Positions 25,692 to 38,074 are shown, counted from the stretch's first letter. The stretch: DNA of 64,000 nucleotides from Octopus sinensis (GCF_006345805.1 NC_042999.1:7998001-8062000), one strand, 5' to 3'. Numbers and translations: made by a program. The notes: generated by a model not told the origin, from the sequence alone.

Positions 25692-26359
25692 CACAAAACT
25701 GAATCATTGTGTAACCATGATGTTCTGGAAATCTGAAAGCTTTCTTTATGTGCATTGATTTGTGGGTACACACACACACACACACACGCACACACACATA
25801 TATATATTGTAAGGTATTTTTTCTATCCAAGGCCTTGCAAAACAGGTACTCATTGGACATCCCTAGCAATGACAGTTTCTGTTGTGAGGTTCAAAAACAT
25901 GCAACAACATGTGTTCTGTGGGATATTGCAGAAGACACCCAGCCAAAATGTGGCACAGGGGGAATGAACCCGAAGCCATGTGGGTTGGGAACAAAGGGCT
26001 TCACTGAGGCAAAGTGGCTGATGCTGGTGGCACATGAAAAGCTCCTTTCGAGTGTTGGGTCTCAAGGGGAAAATGACCAAGACCACTGGCATCATGACAT
26101 GCTTGAAGGTGGCGTGCTGGCAGAATCTTTAGCAGGCCGGGGGAAATGCTTAGCAGTATTTCATCTGTCTTTATGTTCTGAGTTCAAATTCCATGGAGGT
26201 TGACTTTGCCTTTCATCTTTTGGAGTCATATATTAAGTACCAGTTGTGTACTGGGGTCGATCTAATTTACTTGATCCCTCCCTCAAAATTTCAGGCCTTG
26301 TGCCTAGAGTTGAAAGGATCATGTCGTGCATGAGAAGAAGACCCATCGAGTCAAGGAAA

Positions 26360-26571
26360 ATTGCTGTCATGGCAGATACTGGTGTCACGCAAATGGCACC
26401 TATACTGGTGGCACACGTAAAAGCACCCATTACACTCTTGGAGTGGCTGGTGTTAGGAAGCGCTCCAGCTGTAGAATTTATGCTAAATCAGACTGGAGAC
26501 TAGTGCAGCCCTGGTCAAACCGTCCAACCCATGCCAACATGGACAACGAATGCTAAATCATGATGATGATG
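26360..26571 (+). mobile_element. SINE family C
   Basis: GGTGGCACACGTAAAAGCACCC...CCAACCCATGCC...(ATG)n; preceded by SINE A2 at 26107-26310. Confidence 0.7.
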
Positions 26572-26587
26572 CCTGCAACTCAGCTGT

Positions 26588-26988
26588 TTACTCTTACTCT
26601 TTTACTCTTTTACTTGTTTCAGTCATTTGACTGCGGCCATGCTGGAGCATCGCCTTTAGTTGAGCAAATCGACCCCGGGACTTATTCTTTGTAAGCCCAG
26701 TGCTTATTCTATCGGTCTCTTTTGCCGAACCGCTAAGTGACGGGGACGTAAACACACCAGCATCGGTTGTCAAGCAATGCTAGGGAGACAAACACATACA
26801 TATATAGATATATATACATATATACGACAGGCTTCTTTCAGTTTCCGTCTACCAAATCCACTCACAAGGCATTGGTCGGCCCGGGGCTGTAGTAGAAGAC
26901 ACTTGCCCAAGATCCCACGCAATGGGACTGAACCCGGAACCATGTGGTTGGTTAGCAAGCTACTTACCACACAGCTACTCCTGCGCCT
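26588..26988 (-). mobile_element. SINE family B, young
   Basis: (TACTCTTT)n tail; CpGs largely intact. Confidence 0.85.
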
Positions 26989-27660
26989 GTTTAAATAATT
27001 AAAATTTCTTTCTTCCCTATTATGCCCTTCATTAACTGTGACGGCGTTGATTTGACTGTTGTTTCTGATCTGGAGAGAATCCCTGGTTCACTTTCGTCTT
27101 CAGTCGTTCTGAATTAACAACTTCAACACATTTTACAACCTGTTTTGTTTGTTGTTTGCTTTTTTCCCCAATGTGGAGGTGTTTTCAATTTGGCCTTTGT
27201 TTCATCTGCTGAATAAGAGTTTCATCCTGAAAAATGCCATTCCTAGGCAAAAAGATGGTGCCGGTGATGAAGTGAGACTTCGATAATAACAGATCGTGTT
27301 GGAATATCATGATTTGTATTGTTTAGTGAAACTTTTCCCGTTTGTTTTTATTGGAATAGCTTTTGTTATGCAATTCTCTTCTTTTGCTTCTTCCTGACTC
27401 ATTCTGCAAGAAAGGAAGTTGAGGAAAACTGTGATACAATAAATATTTCAGAGGAAATTTTCTATGAAAAATGAAAAAAAAAAATGTAAAAGAACTAATA
27501 CGAAACATCAATCAAAAGTGATAGCATTGGTTGTCAGGTGAACTTCCTTGCGAAGGTTGAAAACAAACCTAATGACTCAGCCGAAACAAATTTGAATGAA
27601 ATTTATAATTTCGAATGATATGTAGGCATTTTAGACAAATGAGTCCGTTGTTGGATTAAA

Positions 27661-28110
27661 GGGATGGAATAAGGGAATGGAATAAGGGAATGGAATAAGA
27701 GAATGGAGTAAGGGAATGGAGTAAGGGAATAGAATAAGGGAATGGAATAAGGGAATGGAGTAAGGGAATGGATTAAGGGAATGGAATAAGGGAAAAGAGT
27801 AAGGGAATGGCATTAGGGAATGGAATAAGGGAATGGAATAAGGGAATGGATTAAGGGAATAGAATAAGGGAATAGAATAAGGGAATGGAGTAAGGGAATG
27901 GAATAAGGGAATGGAATAAGGGAATAGGATAAGGGAATGGAATAAGGGAATGGAATAAGGGATTGGAATAAGGGAATGGATTAAGGGAATGGAGTAAGGG
28001 AATGGAATAAGGGATTGGAATAAGGGAATGGATTAAGGGAATGGAGTAAGGGAATGGAATAAGGGAATGGAATAAGGGAATAGAATAAGGGAATGGATTA
28101 AGGGAATGGA
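27661..28110. repeat. 13-bp minisatellite (TAAGGGAATGGAA)n, about 34 units
   Basis: Directly visible; a 52-bp four-unit block is duplicated at 27961-28064. Confidence 0.95.
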
Positions 28111-28734
28111 TGAAGGGAGAGAAATAAAAATATATTGATGTTAAGGGAAGTGAGAAGAAAAATAATGTTTTGAGGTAATAAAGGCCATGTCAATGATAAC
28201 TTGTTGACCAGGTGTATTTCCACTGAAATACAAGTGAAATCACCTGGCTTAATGGACAAGGTATTCAGTTCATGATTGTAAGGTTGTGAGTTCGATTCCC
28301 AGTGACACATTCTGTCCTTGAGCAAGAGACTTTATTTCCTATTACTCCAGTCCATTCAACTGGCAAAAGTGAGGAGTTCCTGTTATTCAAAGGGGTTAAC
28401 TTTGTTCCATTCTGTATCCTGTTACTTTGTATCCTGTTAACTTTGTTCCATTCTGTATTCTGTTACCCTGAGGACTAAGTTAAGGATACACATGTCTGTG
28501 GAGTACTCAGCCACTTACATGATAATTTCCTGAGCAGGCTTTTCCGTGGATCGGATCAACTGGAACCCTCATCGTCGTAACCAATTGAGTCCCATAATAA
28601 CTCTAAATAAGTTTACAAGACTCAGTGCCCAATGCTTTATCAAAGGAGATAATCATTTCTAGATAAATCATGGCTGGATTAGAAGGATTAGAAGGATAAA
28701 TCAAAGGAAAGGAAGAAGATTATAAGATATTTGT

Positions 28735-29158
28735 TCATTCTTCTATTCTCTTACATGTTTCAGTTACTGGACTATGGCCAGGCTGGAGTTTTAGCCATAC
28801 AAATGGACCCCAATATTTATTTCTAAGCCTGCCATTTATTCTATTGGTCTCCTTTTGCTGAAACCTAAGTTGCAGGATGTAAAGAAACCAGCACCATTTG
28901 TCAAGCAGTGGTGGGCACAAACACACACACACACACAACACACACACACACACACAGATACACACACACAAAGACGCACACATGTATGCATGCACGCACA
29001 TATGACAGGCTTCTTCCAGTTTCTGTCCATCAAATTCACACATAAGGCTTTGGTCTGCCCATGGCTATAGTAGAAGACATTTGCCCAATGTGGAACACAG
29101 TGGGACTGAACCCAGAACCATGTGGTTGGGAAGCAAGCTTCTTACCACATAGCCAAGC
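28735..29158 (-). mobile_element. SINE family B, heavily CpG-decayed
   Basis: GCTATAGTAGAAGACATTTGCCCAA...GGGACTGAACCCAGAACCATGTGG. Confidence 0.75.
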
Positions 29159-29429
29159 ATGAACCTTATCAAATATTTTTCTTACTCATTACAGAGATTA
29201 AGAAATTTCTAGACTTATGTAATCAGGTATAGTGCCATTTCATTCTTATTAAAAACTGTCAGTATGACATAACCTGCAGTAACTAAATTAAGCATTTTAT
29301 AAAGCAGATCTTTTCTTATAATTGGAAAATATAATTTAGAAGACATTCATAGAATGTGTAGTTTTCCTTTTCTTATTTCTTTTCTTCTTAAAATTTCTGC
29401 AGACGTTTGCAGTAATTGACCAATATTCA

Positions 29430-30090
29430 TCATCTTACGGAAGCAACATTTGGTAGACATTGATCAAGTGATCTCTTATCTGAAGTATATATTGTGATAA
29501 GAAAAACAAATAGCGTCCATAGCAAGACATCTCCTTCAATTAATTTATCAGAGAGGAAGGAAGGAAATTTGTCCGTGTCTAGGACCGCATTATAAGAGCA
29601 GTTACAGAGTTCCAGAGATTCATATTCTAGGAAGAAAAAAGTTTGGTACAATGTTTACGATAGGGTTTGAAGGATGTGAAACGTTATGAATGAGAAGAGG
29701 AGAAAAGGGTGGATTTAATGGTCCTGGATGTAGGACTTGTAAATGCATGGTCCTTGTCCCTTGCACGGTTGGGGAAAACGAAGCTTTGTAGGAAGAGTTT
29801 TAGGAACAGAAAAGTTGAACAGAAACAAGATTTCTGGGAATCAATGGTTAAAGTGTGTTAGCTACAGAATAAAATGTTTGTTTGTATAACGGCACAGTTG
29901 CCGACACCTGAGCAGAAAATTGTGTAAATGGCCAGTAGGTAGGCCACTGGACAGGACTGAACATTTTATCTGAGCCTGGACAGGAAACATGATCGTGAAA
30001 GATACGAAACAGAAACACAGACAAAGCTCATCATTGGCCAGTGACCAAGCTAAAATATTTTCAAGCCAAGCCCGGTTGAAGGCTTTAGTG
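29430..30090 (-). pseudogene. Very degenerate LINE reverse-transcriptase remnant
   Basis: ITKAFNRAW and PSFLSDK resemble RT motifs (SKAFDRVWH, SFLSDR); weak similarity only. Confidence 0.3.
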
Positions 30091-30642
30091 ATAATCATCA
30101 TCATTATTTAAGGTCTGTTTTGCATGCTGGTGAGGGTTGGATGGTTTGACAGGGGTTGGCAAGTGAGAAAGTTGTGCCAGGCTCCAATTGTCAGTTTTGG
30201 CATGAATTCTATCACTGGATACCCTTCCTAATGCCAACAACTTTACATAACGTGCTGAGTGCTTTTTACATGACATCAGCATCAGTGCTTTCCAGGTGGC
30301 ACCAGCATGGATGCTTTATACGTGACACAAGCATAAGCACTTTATACATGATAAAGGTAATAGCAATTCTTACCTCGAAATTCCAAAAGATAGAAACCAT
30401 GAACATGGAACATAGGAGAGTATTTCTCCAGAAATTCATGTGCCGTAGACACTAAAAAGTGAGAGAATTTCAAATGATGACAAAGGTAGGTTTTATGATC
30501 CTTTCCATCCCATTTGCGGTGTTGAAGATGATGGGGGTGATGGTGATGTTGGTGGTGATTGGTAGAGTGAGAAAAGTTTTTCTTATTAAGAATAGGATGC
30601 ATTGTCACGTATTTCTGTATGTATTGGGATAGGTCCTGAGAA

Positions 30643-30676
<34 letters not shown>

Positions 30677-31861
30677 GGAGAGAGAGCAAGAGAATGGGGG
30701 GGGATTGTAGAGCTTTGTAAGGACAGATTTTGACTAGTTTAATCCAGTTAACCCTAAATAATGAGTAGAGTCTTTCAAGTCAATAAAAAGAGGTCTCTTG
30801 ATAATTGAACAGTTTTGTGAACTAAATTGAATTCGTTCAAAGACCTGCATTTGATGAGGAACCAGAGAGCCGGAAAGGTGACATATTGCTTGCTTATCTC
30901 CTCTTACAAACCTCACACATACACAAATAGTAGCACAAGCAATAAGGAAAGGGAATAATGTTGCGTATATTCAATTATTGGTTTTTACAAAATTTGCACA
31001 ATTCTAAATGTTTCAATCTTTATTCATTAGGCGTTATTCTTAGTTTAAGGATGACTTTTAACTCAACTAAATCTATTCCGTCTTTATAGAAGTCATTTAA
31101 AGATTCACTACTATGTTTGTTTAATTATTTATCTTTTTTAATTTCTATTTTCTGAAATAAATATATTTAGATTTGATTTTTAAAAAATACGATTTCATTA
31201 TTCTACTTCTTTATTTACATTTTTAATTCACAATATTTCCCTCAAGATTATTGAGTGAAGCTAAATCTGGATACATCTTTTTTTCTTTTTTCAACATTTT
31301 TCTATTCTTGAGTACTTATCTAAATATTAACATCAAAATGTTCTAAAGAATTTTTGTCTCAAACACAAAGTTCAAATTACTGTAATGACACTTTTCAATT
31401 TTGCACTTAGACAAAGTGAATGAGTATTTCATTATAAAAAGAAAAAAAAATATTTTTAGATTGCTCTACAATTTTAGTAGCTTCTTAATAGGATATTGGG
31501 AGTCGCTTTCAATTTCTTCTTTGCTTAAATCTAAATTGGTGGATTGCTTATTTTTATATTTTTTAGGAAAATAAATTTAAGCTTACTTAATATTTTTATC
31601 TTAAATTTAAATTAAATTTCCTCCATTTTTCCTGACAATAAAATCAATCAGACTTTTTTCATTTGCACATAAATGTTGATTGATACTTGATAAATGTTTC
31701 AATAAAGTCGTTCCTTGCACATGCAATATTTTTGCTTAAAAACCAACCTAGATTGACGTGCAGTGTTATTAGTGTTGAAATTATAACCTCATAACTATGT
31801 ATATATATACTCCTATGATTACGAAACCAGTCATGGTTCTGAACATAATCCAACTTCATTA

Positions 31862-32020
31862 TTTACATTATTTACATTAGACGGATATTTGTCCTCATCT
31901 TGTTTGTTGTTAACACAACGTTTCAGATGATATACCCTCCAGCCTTCATCAGGTATCTTGGGGAAATTTCGAACCTGGGTTCTCATTTCTGAGCTATTTT
32001 TCGATGTAATAATAGTAATG

Positions 32021-32088
<68 letters not shown>

Positions 32089-32158
32089 TCGAAAAATACC
32101 TTAGGAATGAGAACCCAGGTTTAAAATTTCCCCCAAGACACCTGATGAAGGCTGGAGA
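31862..32158. mobile_element. Inverted pair of hammerhead-bearing tails around an (AAT)n tract
   Basis: About 70-bp inverted arms (about 31938-32007 and 32087-32157). Motif 31912-31957(-): GAUAC-CUGAUGA-A-GGCUG...CAUCU-GAAAC-GUU-GUGUU. Same family as 39655-39930. Confidence 0.75.
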
Positions 32159-32218
32159 GCCTGAAAGGTGACATATTGCATGCTTATCTCCTCTAACAAA
32201 CCTCACTCACACATGTAT

Positions 32219-32262
<44 letters not shown>

Positions 32263-32276
32263 ACATACACATACAT

Positions 32277-32898
32277 AAGCCGTCGTCGGTAGCTCCGCGC
32301 GCGGCCCCGGCTTACCGTTGCCGCCGCTCTCCTTCGCGTCCGGCGCTGCGGCCGCGTCCGGCTGCCGCCCCCTCGCGGGGCGGTCGCGGCGTGGTTGCGG
32401 CGTGGTTGCGGCGTCGGTTGCGGAGCGGCAGCGGTGACCCGGTCGGCTCGGCCCGCGCAAGCCCGGCGGCGGCACACCGTCGCGTCCGGGCCAGTCGGTT
32501 GGCGAACGCAGCGCTTTTTAGAAGGATGGGCGGCAGAAAGCTGCATGAGGCGGAGCGATAACAGGTCTGTGATGCCCTTAGCTGTCCGGGGCTGCGTCTC
32601 CCCCGGCCCGAGAGGGTCGGGAAACTTCTGAACCACCTCCCGTGATAGGGATCGGGACCTGGAACCAACCCCGTGAACAAGGAATTCCCGGTAGGCGCAG
32701 GTCACCAGCCCGCGTCGATCACGTCCCTGCCCTTTATACACACCGCCCATCGTTACTACCGGTCGAACGGTCCGATGAGGTCCTCGGATCTGGCTGACGA
32801 ATCCGCTTACGCGCGGCGGCGTTCCGTGCCGTTGTCGGCGCGTTCTCTGATGGCCCGGAGAAGACGACCGAACCCAATCACTTAGAGGAAGAAAAAGT
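32277..32898 (+). pseudogene. 18S rRNA: Dispersed 18S rRNA 3'-part pseudogene with GC-rich V7 expansion
   Basis: GATAACAGGTCTGTGATGCCCTTA (32557-32580), GGAATTCCC, TACACACCGCCC (32737-32748) and GAGGAAG(A)AAAAGT end. The conserved ACGCGCGCTACACTG block is missing after 32595. No 5' domain or ITS. Confidence 0.9.
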
Positions 32899-33989
32899 GA
32901 ATTTAAGAGATAATGCCTGATTAAGTCAATGCAATGTGAATAAAAAAAGCATTGTATTAGGCAGAGCAATCTGAATGCTAAAGGGTTACAAATTTTGCAA
33001 ACTCACTATCCGGAGTGTTGGTCATATATAGATATATAAATTTATAAAAGCACTGAATAGGAGTGCAGACCCTAGAAAGGGCTCAGGGCTCAACATGAGT
33101 TTAAAAAATTGCCATAGATGAATTACTTGATATATCAATGGGATTGTAAAAAAAGATAGAATATATTGTCTCTGCTGCCACTTGGTTATTAAAGAGTCCA
33201 TGGTAGGAAGAATATCCTGTTGTTAAAATGATTTCTCCAATAATATGCCGTTCCTCTTCAGGAACCAAGAAAAAAATATTAAACAGTGGAAAATAAAAAT
33301 AGCTAAAAGGTTAAAAGTATTAAACTTTTAGTTTCTGTTCTTTGGAAATATTCTGGTAAATGTCAAAGTAGAAGTATCATTGAATGAGAATATATATTCC
33401 TGCCAGTCAGAATTTTCTGTATTGGAGTTTTATTTTTCTTCTTTCTTTCTTTTTTATGGAATGCTATCATCTCAGTTTTATAAATCACCTCATCAATCGC
33501 TTTACCCAGCCACTTCTTTTTATCTTTGCCAATTCTACTTAGAGATAAATTGAATAAGATTAAATGGTTTTCTTAATGCAAAAAGTATCACCAGTATTGG
33601 AAAATAAAACCCACCTGCAAATCCTCAGGTGTAAATTAAGTACCTGAGGCTTCGTTTGAGCAGATAAAATGTAGTGTCATCATTTTGTTGGATTTTAATT
33701 CTGAACAATGAAAGGTGGAAGCAAGTGAACATGAACTTTAGAATTCCAGTTTTTGAGAATTATTTATACAAATATTGGTTCTTAACAGACTTTAACGTTT
33801 CAAATTTGCGTGTTGATTATTGTCAGTTCCACTTGTATATGACTGGGACGTTATTTTACCAGTTCAATGGTAAAGTCAACCTTTGTAAGATTTGAACTTA
33901 GAACATACAGATATGCAAATAAATACCACACGGTATAGTTTGTCCATCACTCTACCGATTATGTGAAAATGATTTCCAAATAAACTGAG

Positions 33990-34180
33990 TACAGGGATAC
34001 CTCGCAGTTCAAGTTTAATTCGTTCCATGACCAAGTTCGGCTTATGATTTACTCATTCTACAAATCGATTTTCCCAATTAAAATTAACTAGAATATAATT
34101 AATCCATTCCAGCCCCCCAAAACCACTCAAAATTATTTTTTATGGGTTTTAAAACAGAAAAGATGTCGTTACAAGTAAAA
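33990..34180 (+). mobile_element. Tigger/pogo-like transposon end fragment
   Basis: TA + CAGGGATACCTCG terminus; resemblance from memory only. Confidence 0.4.
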
Positions 34181-34289
34181 TGACAATTATGAAAAAGAGA
34201 ATGCAAAAGAAATATGTAAACTGGCTTTATTAACTGAATTACCTGAAAGATGGGACGATTTGTGTGCTCGTATTGTGGATTTCCATTCG

Positions 34290-34610
34290 TACTTCAAGAC
34301 AGAAATTTGTTTCTGTTTGTCCCCATCCACCATTGCTTGACAACCGGTTTTGGTGTGTTTCCATCCCCGTAACTTAGCGGTTTGGTAAAAGAGATTGATA
34401 GAAGAAGTACTAGGCTTACAAAAAATAAGTCCTAGGGTCAATTTGTTCGAGTAAATGTTGTACTCCAGCACGGTCGCAGTCAAATCACTGAAACGAATAA
34501 AAGAATAAAGTTCCCTAAACTTTTCCCACCCTATTTTAATTCTGGTCATTATCCTGTCAGCACATCCTCCCTCACTGCTCATTGGGTCACCTTTTCTGAA
34601 CATTGCTCAT
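34290..34610. mobile_element. 3' half of SINE B (+) abutting a short RTE LINE fragment (-)
   Basis: SINE B tail to about 34505. Minus-strand GDPMSSEGGCADRIMTRIKIGWEKFREL resembles RTE ORF2. Confidence 0.65.
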
Positions 34611-35441
34611 CTTTGATAGGCTACAATATGTATAAAATGCTGTGTAGGCTTATATGTATTGCTTTATGGAAATTAGGAATAACTAGGGAAATTATGAAAC
34701 AGTGATTTATATAATATGGAGAAATAATTGGAAGAATTAATAAAATGAAATAATTGGAAAGGGATAAAGGAATCAGGAGAGATTATTATTGGATTTTGGC
34801 TCAAGATTTAAAGAAGAGAGAATTTATAAATGAAAGCTAACGAGGTACACCTTGACATAAACTTATATGAGTTTGAATGGTTGTCTTGCTGGAATCTTTC
34901 AATGACCAAAATTATTTCTTTTCAACTTTTATTATTTGGAAGCCTATACATTAAAACACCTGTTTTTTAGGGAAAAAACATCATCATCATTATCTCCACC
35001 GCTGTCATTGTCATCATCATTGTTGTCATCATCGTTGTATTTCTTCTTGACTCCCTCCTCCTCCTCACCACCACCACCACCACCATCGTAGTCATTAACC
35101 CCTTAAACCTCATTATGAACGTTGTGGCTGCTATTGCTATTTTGGCATCGATCTTGTTGCTTGGACACAGGTCAGAGTTAATTAAGCAAACCTGTGGCTA
35201 AACATACACAGGACCATGACCATCACTTAAGAACACTTAAATGATTGTCATGGTTATGGCTTATATATGTCGCCTTCTTTGATGAAAATGTTTCCTTGAT
35301 TTCATAGCAAGGAGTTTTCCTCTGAGGATAATTCTGTTCACACTCAGCTGAAAGGTTTTTGAACCAAATAAGTTCTGGTTTGCATCTCAGATTGGCACTT
35401 TCAGATCTGATCCTCTTTCATGTAATATTATTACCAAATAG

Positions 35442-35700
35442 GGTGGTGAGCTGGCAGAATCGTTAGCATGCTGGGCGAAATGCGCAGCTGTATTTCGTCT
35501 GCTAGTACGTTCTGAGTTCAAATTCCACTGAGGTCAACTTTGCCTTTCAGGGTTGATAAAGTAAGTACCAGTTACACACTGGGAGTCGATGTAATCTACT
35601 GAATCCCTTTGTCTGTCCTTGTTTAGCCCCCTGTGGGCAATAAAGAAATATTGTAACGGCGGTGAGCTGGCAAAACCGTTAGCACGCCGGGCAAAATACT
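35442..35700 (+). mobile_element. SINE family A plus a second isolated head
   Basis: GGTGGTGAGCTGGCAGAATC...AAAGAAATA, then GGCGGTGAGCTGGCAAAACC. Confidence 0.8.
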
Positions 35701-36384
35701 TTATTATTACATAATAATTAATAAACTAAACAACAGAGACAATTAATTTGTTTTCAGCTGTTGAAATTTTCTATGGATTTTGTTGAATATGTTGCTTCGG
35801 AGATCTTTGGAGTTGTAGGGCCTTAGCTCTTATGAGGTGTATCCAGGTTAGTTTGCCAAACAGAGTCTATCTTTCTCTGAACACCTTAAGAAATAATTTG
35901 AGTAACATATCAAACTAGCCATTAATTTAATGTCCTAAATCGGTGAATGTTTTTATCATCTCAAGATTATTGTTTAATGTTAAAGATTTCATAAGACTGG
36001 AAAACATATGCATGTGTCCGAGTGTTTACCAAAAATCAAACAACCCTACTTGACACTCTGAATTGTTTTTGATCAATCTTGACTTCCAAGTGGTCTCCCT
36101 TGCCCCTCACGATAAGTATTATCATTAACGTTAGTAATTATTCTCTTGGTTATGGATATAATTCTAATTGATTAGGTATATTGTTTTTTGCTGACTCCAT
36201 TTAATGTGTCAGCTTCCACCCTTCACACTTCATTAATTAAACACTTGCCAACTGTGCAAAACATCATCAACCTCCGGCTGTAGCAAGGCCGCCTGAGAAT
36301 TATGCATCTCGTAGCGGATGGGTTAAATTCTGTTGGCATTTGAAATTGTTCGTTGAAATATTCCCACAAGTAAATGCAACCGCA

Positions 36385-36593
36385 ACACGCACACACACAC
36401 TCACACACACACACACACACACACGCACACACACACACACACTTACAAAAACGCACACTGAGATGAACATGCTCACACACACACACACACACACACGCAC
36501 ACACTCACAAAAACGCACACTGAGATGAACATGCTCACACACACACACACACACACGCACACACTCACAAAAACGCACACTGAGATGAACATG

Positions 36594-36658
<65 letters not shown>

Positions 36659-36670
36659 TCATACATACAC
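36385..36670. repeat. (CA)n array with three copies of a 33-bp unique insert (60-62-bp period)
   Basis: CT(T/C)ACAAAAACGCACACTGAGATGAACATGCTC at 36442, 36504, 36564. Confidence 0.95.
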
Positions 36671-37763
36671 AGTCTCATACAGAGGTCCGTTTGTAGACAG
36701 ATGGACACAAACATCACAGATATGTTGGTATCATATTAAACGTAAAGATTAGTGGCCATCTTTTCCATCAAAATGTCACTATGTCATCCTATAAAAGGGA
36801 ATTAAAATTAAGTTGATAACAAAATGGCAATAAATTATCAGAAAAGTAATTTGAATCTCTAAGAAGGAATGGTATTACACTGTGAACTCTGTGTTAATTG
36901 GATATTCCAGCAACGTATTATATCATGAACGGAATGCCTTACCAGTGAGCAGAAACATCATATAAATTTATTTCTGTACTCTCTCTTTCTTTTTTATCCT
37001 ATCAATGGAGAAACCAGTTTCCTCTCCAGTAATGAAAACAATATCTTAAATAATTTACAATGTCTGTTTTTCCTGTTGTATCAGATTCTATTCATAACTT
37101 GTCATTCTGTCATGTTTAATTCGAAATAGGAAATGGAAAAAAAAATCTTGTAGCAATCATTTCATTTAATTAAGTACATGACTAGTTTTCTTGTGAAAGC
37201 GCTGCTGTATCTGGTCAGTTCAGTAATTTATATGTTAGCGTTGCAGCTGTGTAGTCTGAAGAGAATCTCTGTACATTTGATTCTCAAAGTGACCTCTAGT
37301 TATAAATAGGTGCCTTGACCTGGTGCAGAACACATGCTATAAGCAGCTGAACTTTGCCTAGCTCTCTTGTTCCAGATCATCAGTTCCTACTCCGGAACCT
37401 ACAAACACCTGGGATCTGTGAGCTGTATTTGAAATTTCAAAGAACTGCAGCATAAAATACACCTTGTTATATATAATTCTTCAGTTCTTTTAGTTGAGAG
37501 ATAAAACTTGGAAAACGAATTAGTTGTTACTTAAAAACATGAACTTACCAAATAGAGTTTTCAAAAACCTGGGGTCCTTATAAATAAAAGTGGTTCCTAG
37601 TTGTGGAAAAGTTTAAAACTTTTGCTTTAAATAAAGAACTTCAGAATGAATTCATTATATCCAATTTTAAGGAATGTGCAGTGGTAGATGCAGGGTGTTG
37701 TCCTAGTTGCCCAGGCAACAGCCATTTTAGCTGCACTGTTGTAAATATAATAACATTAGTATT

Positions 37764-38074
37764 TTATTTCCAGCATATTCTGTTGTGTCTGGGGAGAGTC
37801 ATTTTCTTTTTGTGCCTTATAATGTAACACACACACACCGGTAAAATTTCCACTTTTCTTTTCTTATTTTATTTTCCTAAAATATTCGTTGCGTCTTGAC
37901 TTTTAGGAAAATAAAAATAAGAAAATAAGTGGAAATTTTACCGGTGAGTGCGTTACATTATAAGGCACAAAAAGAAAATGACTCCCCCCAGACAAAACAG
38001 AATATACTTCAACACACGAACTCATATAAAGAATCTTGCAAACCAAATCCAAAAACGAAATATTATTTCCAGCA
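37764..38074. mobile_element. Foldback insertion (about 105-bp arms, 18-nt loop) with 12-bp target-site duplication
   Basis: Arms 37775-37882 and 37901-38005; TTATTTCCAGCA at 37764-37775 and 38063-38074. Confidence 0.8.

Larger units (their letters stand above)
23835..25915. mobile_element. Complex PLE-type insertion: A-B-A'-spacer-rcA-rcB with about 490-bp inverted arms
   Basis: A 23921-24251, B 24249-24497, A' 24498-24737, GT-rich spacer, rcA 25340-25668, rcB to 25915. The ORF track shows the same peptides on opposite strands. Confidence 0.85.

Noticed and set aside
27000-27420. Minus-strand acceptor followed by ATG (MSQEEAKEENC...)
   Set aside because: Stops after 31 codons; no homology recognised.
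27661-28110. CRISPR or telomere interpretation of the tandem array
   Set aside because: No unique spacers, eukaryotic context, and the unit is not TTAGGG.
32193-32969. 258-aa minus-strand ORF
   Set aside because: Antisense shadow of the GC-rich 18S fragment.
33100-33560. Short protein-like minus-strand frames
   Set aside because: Three frames separated by stops; no motif recognised.
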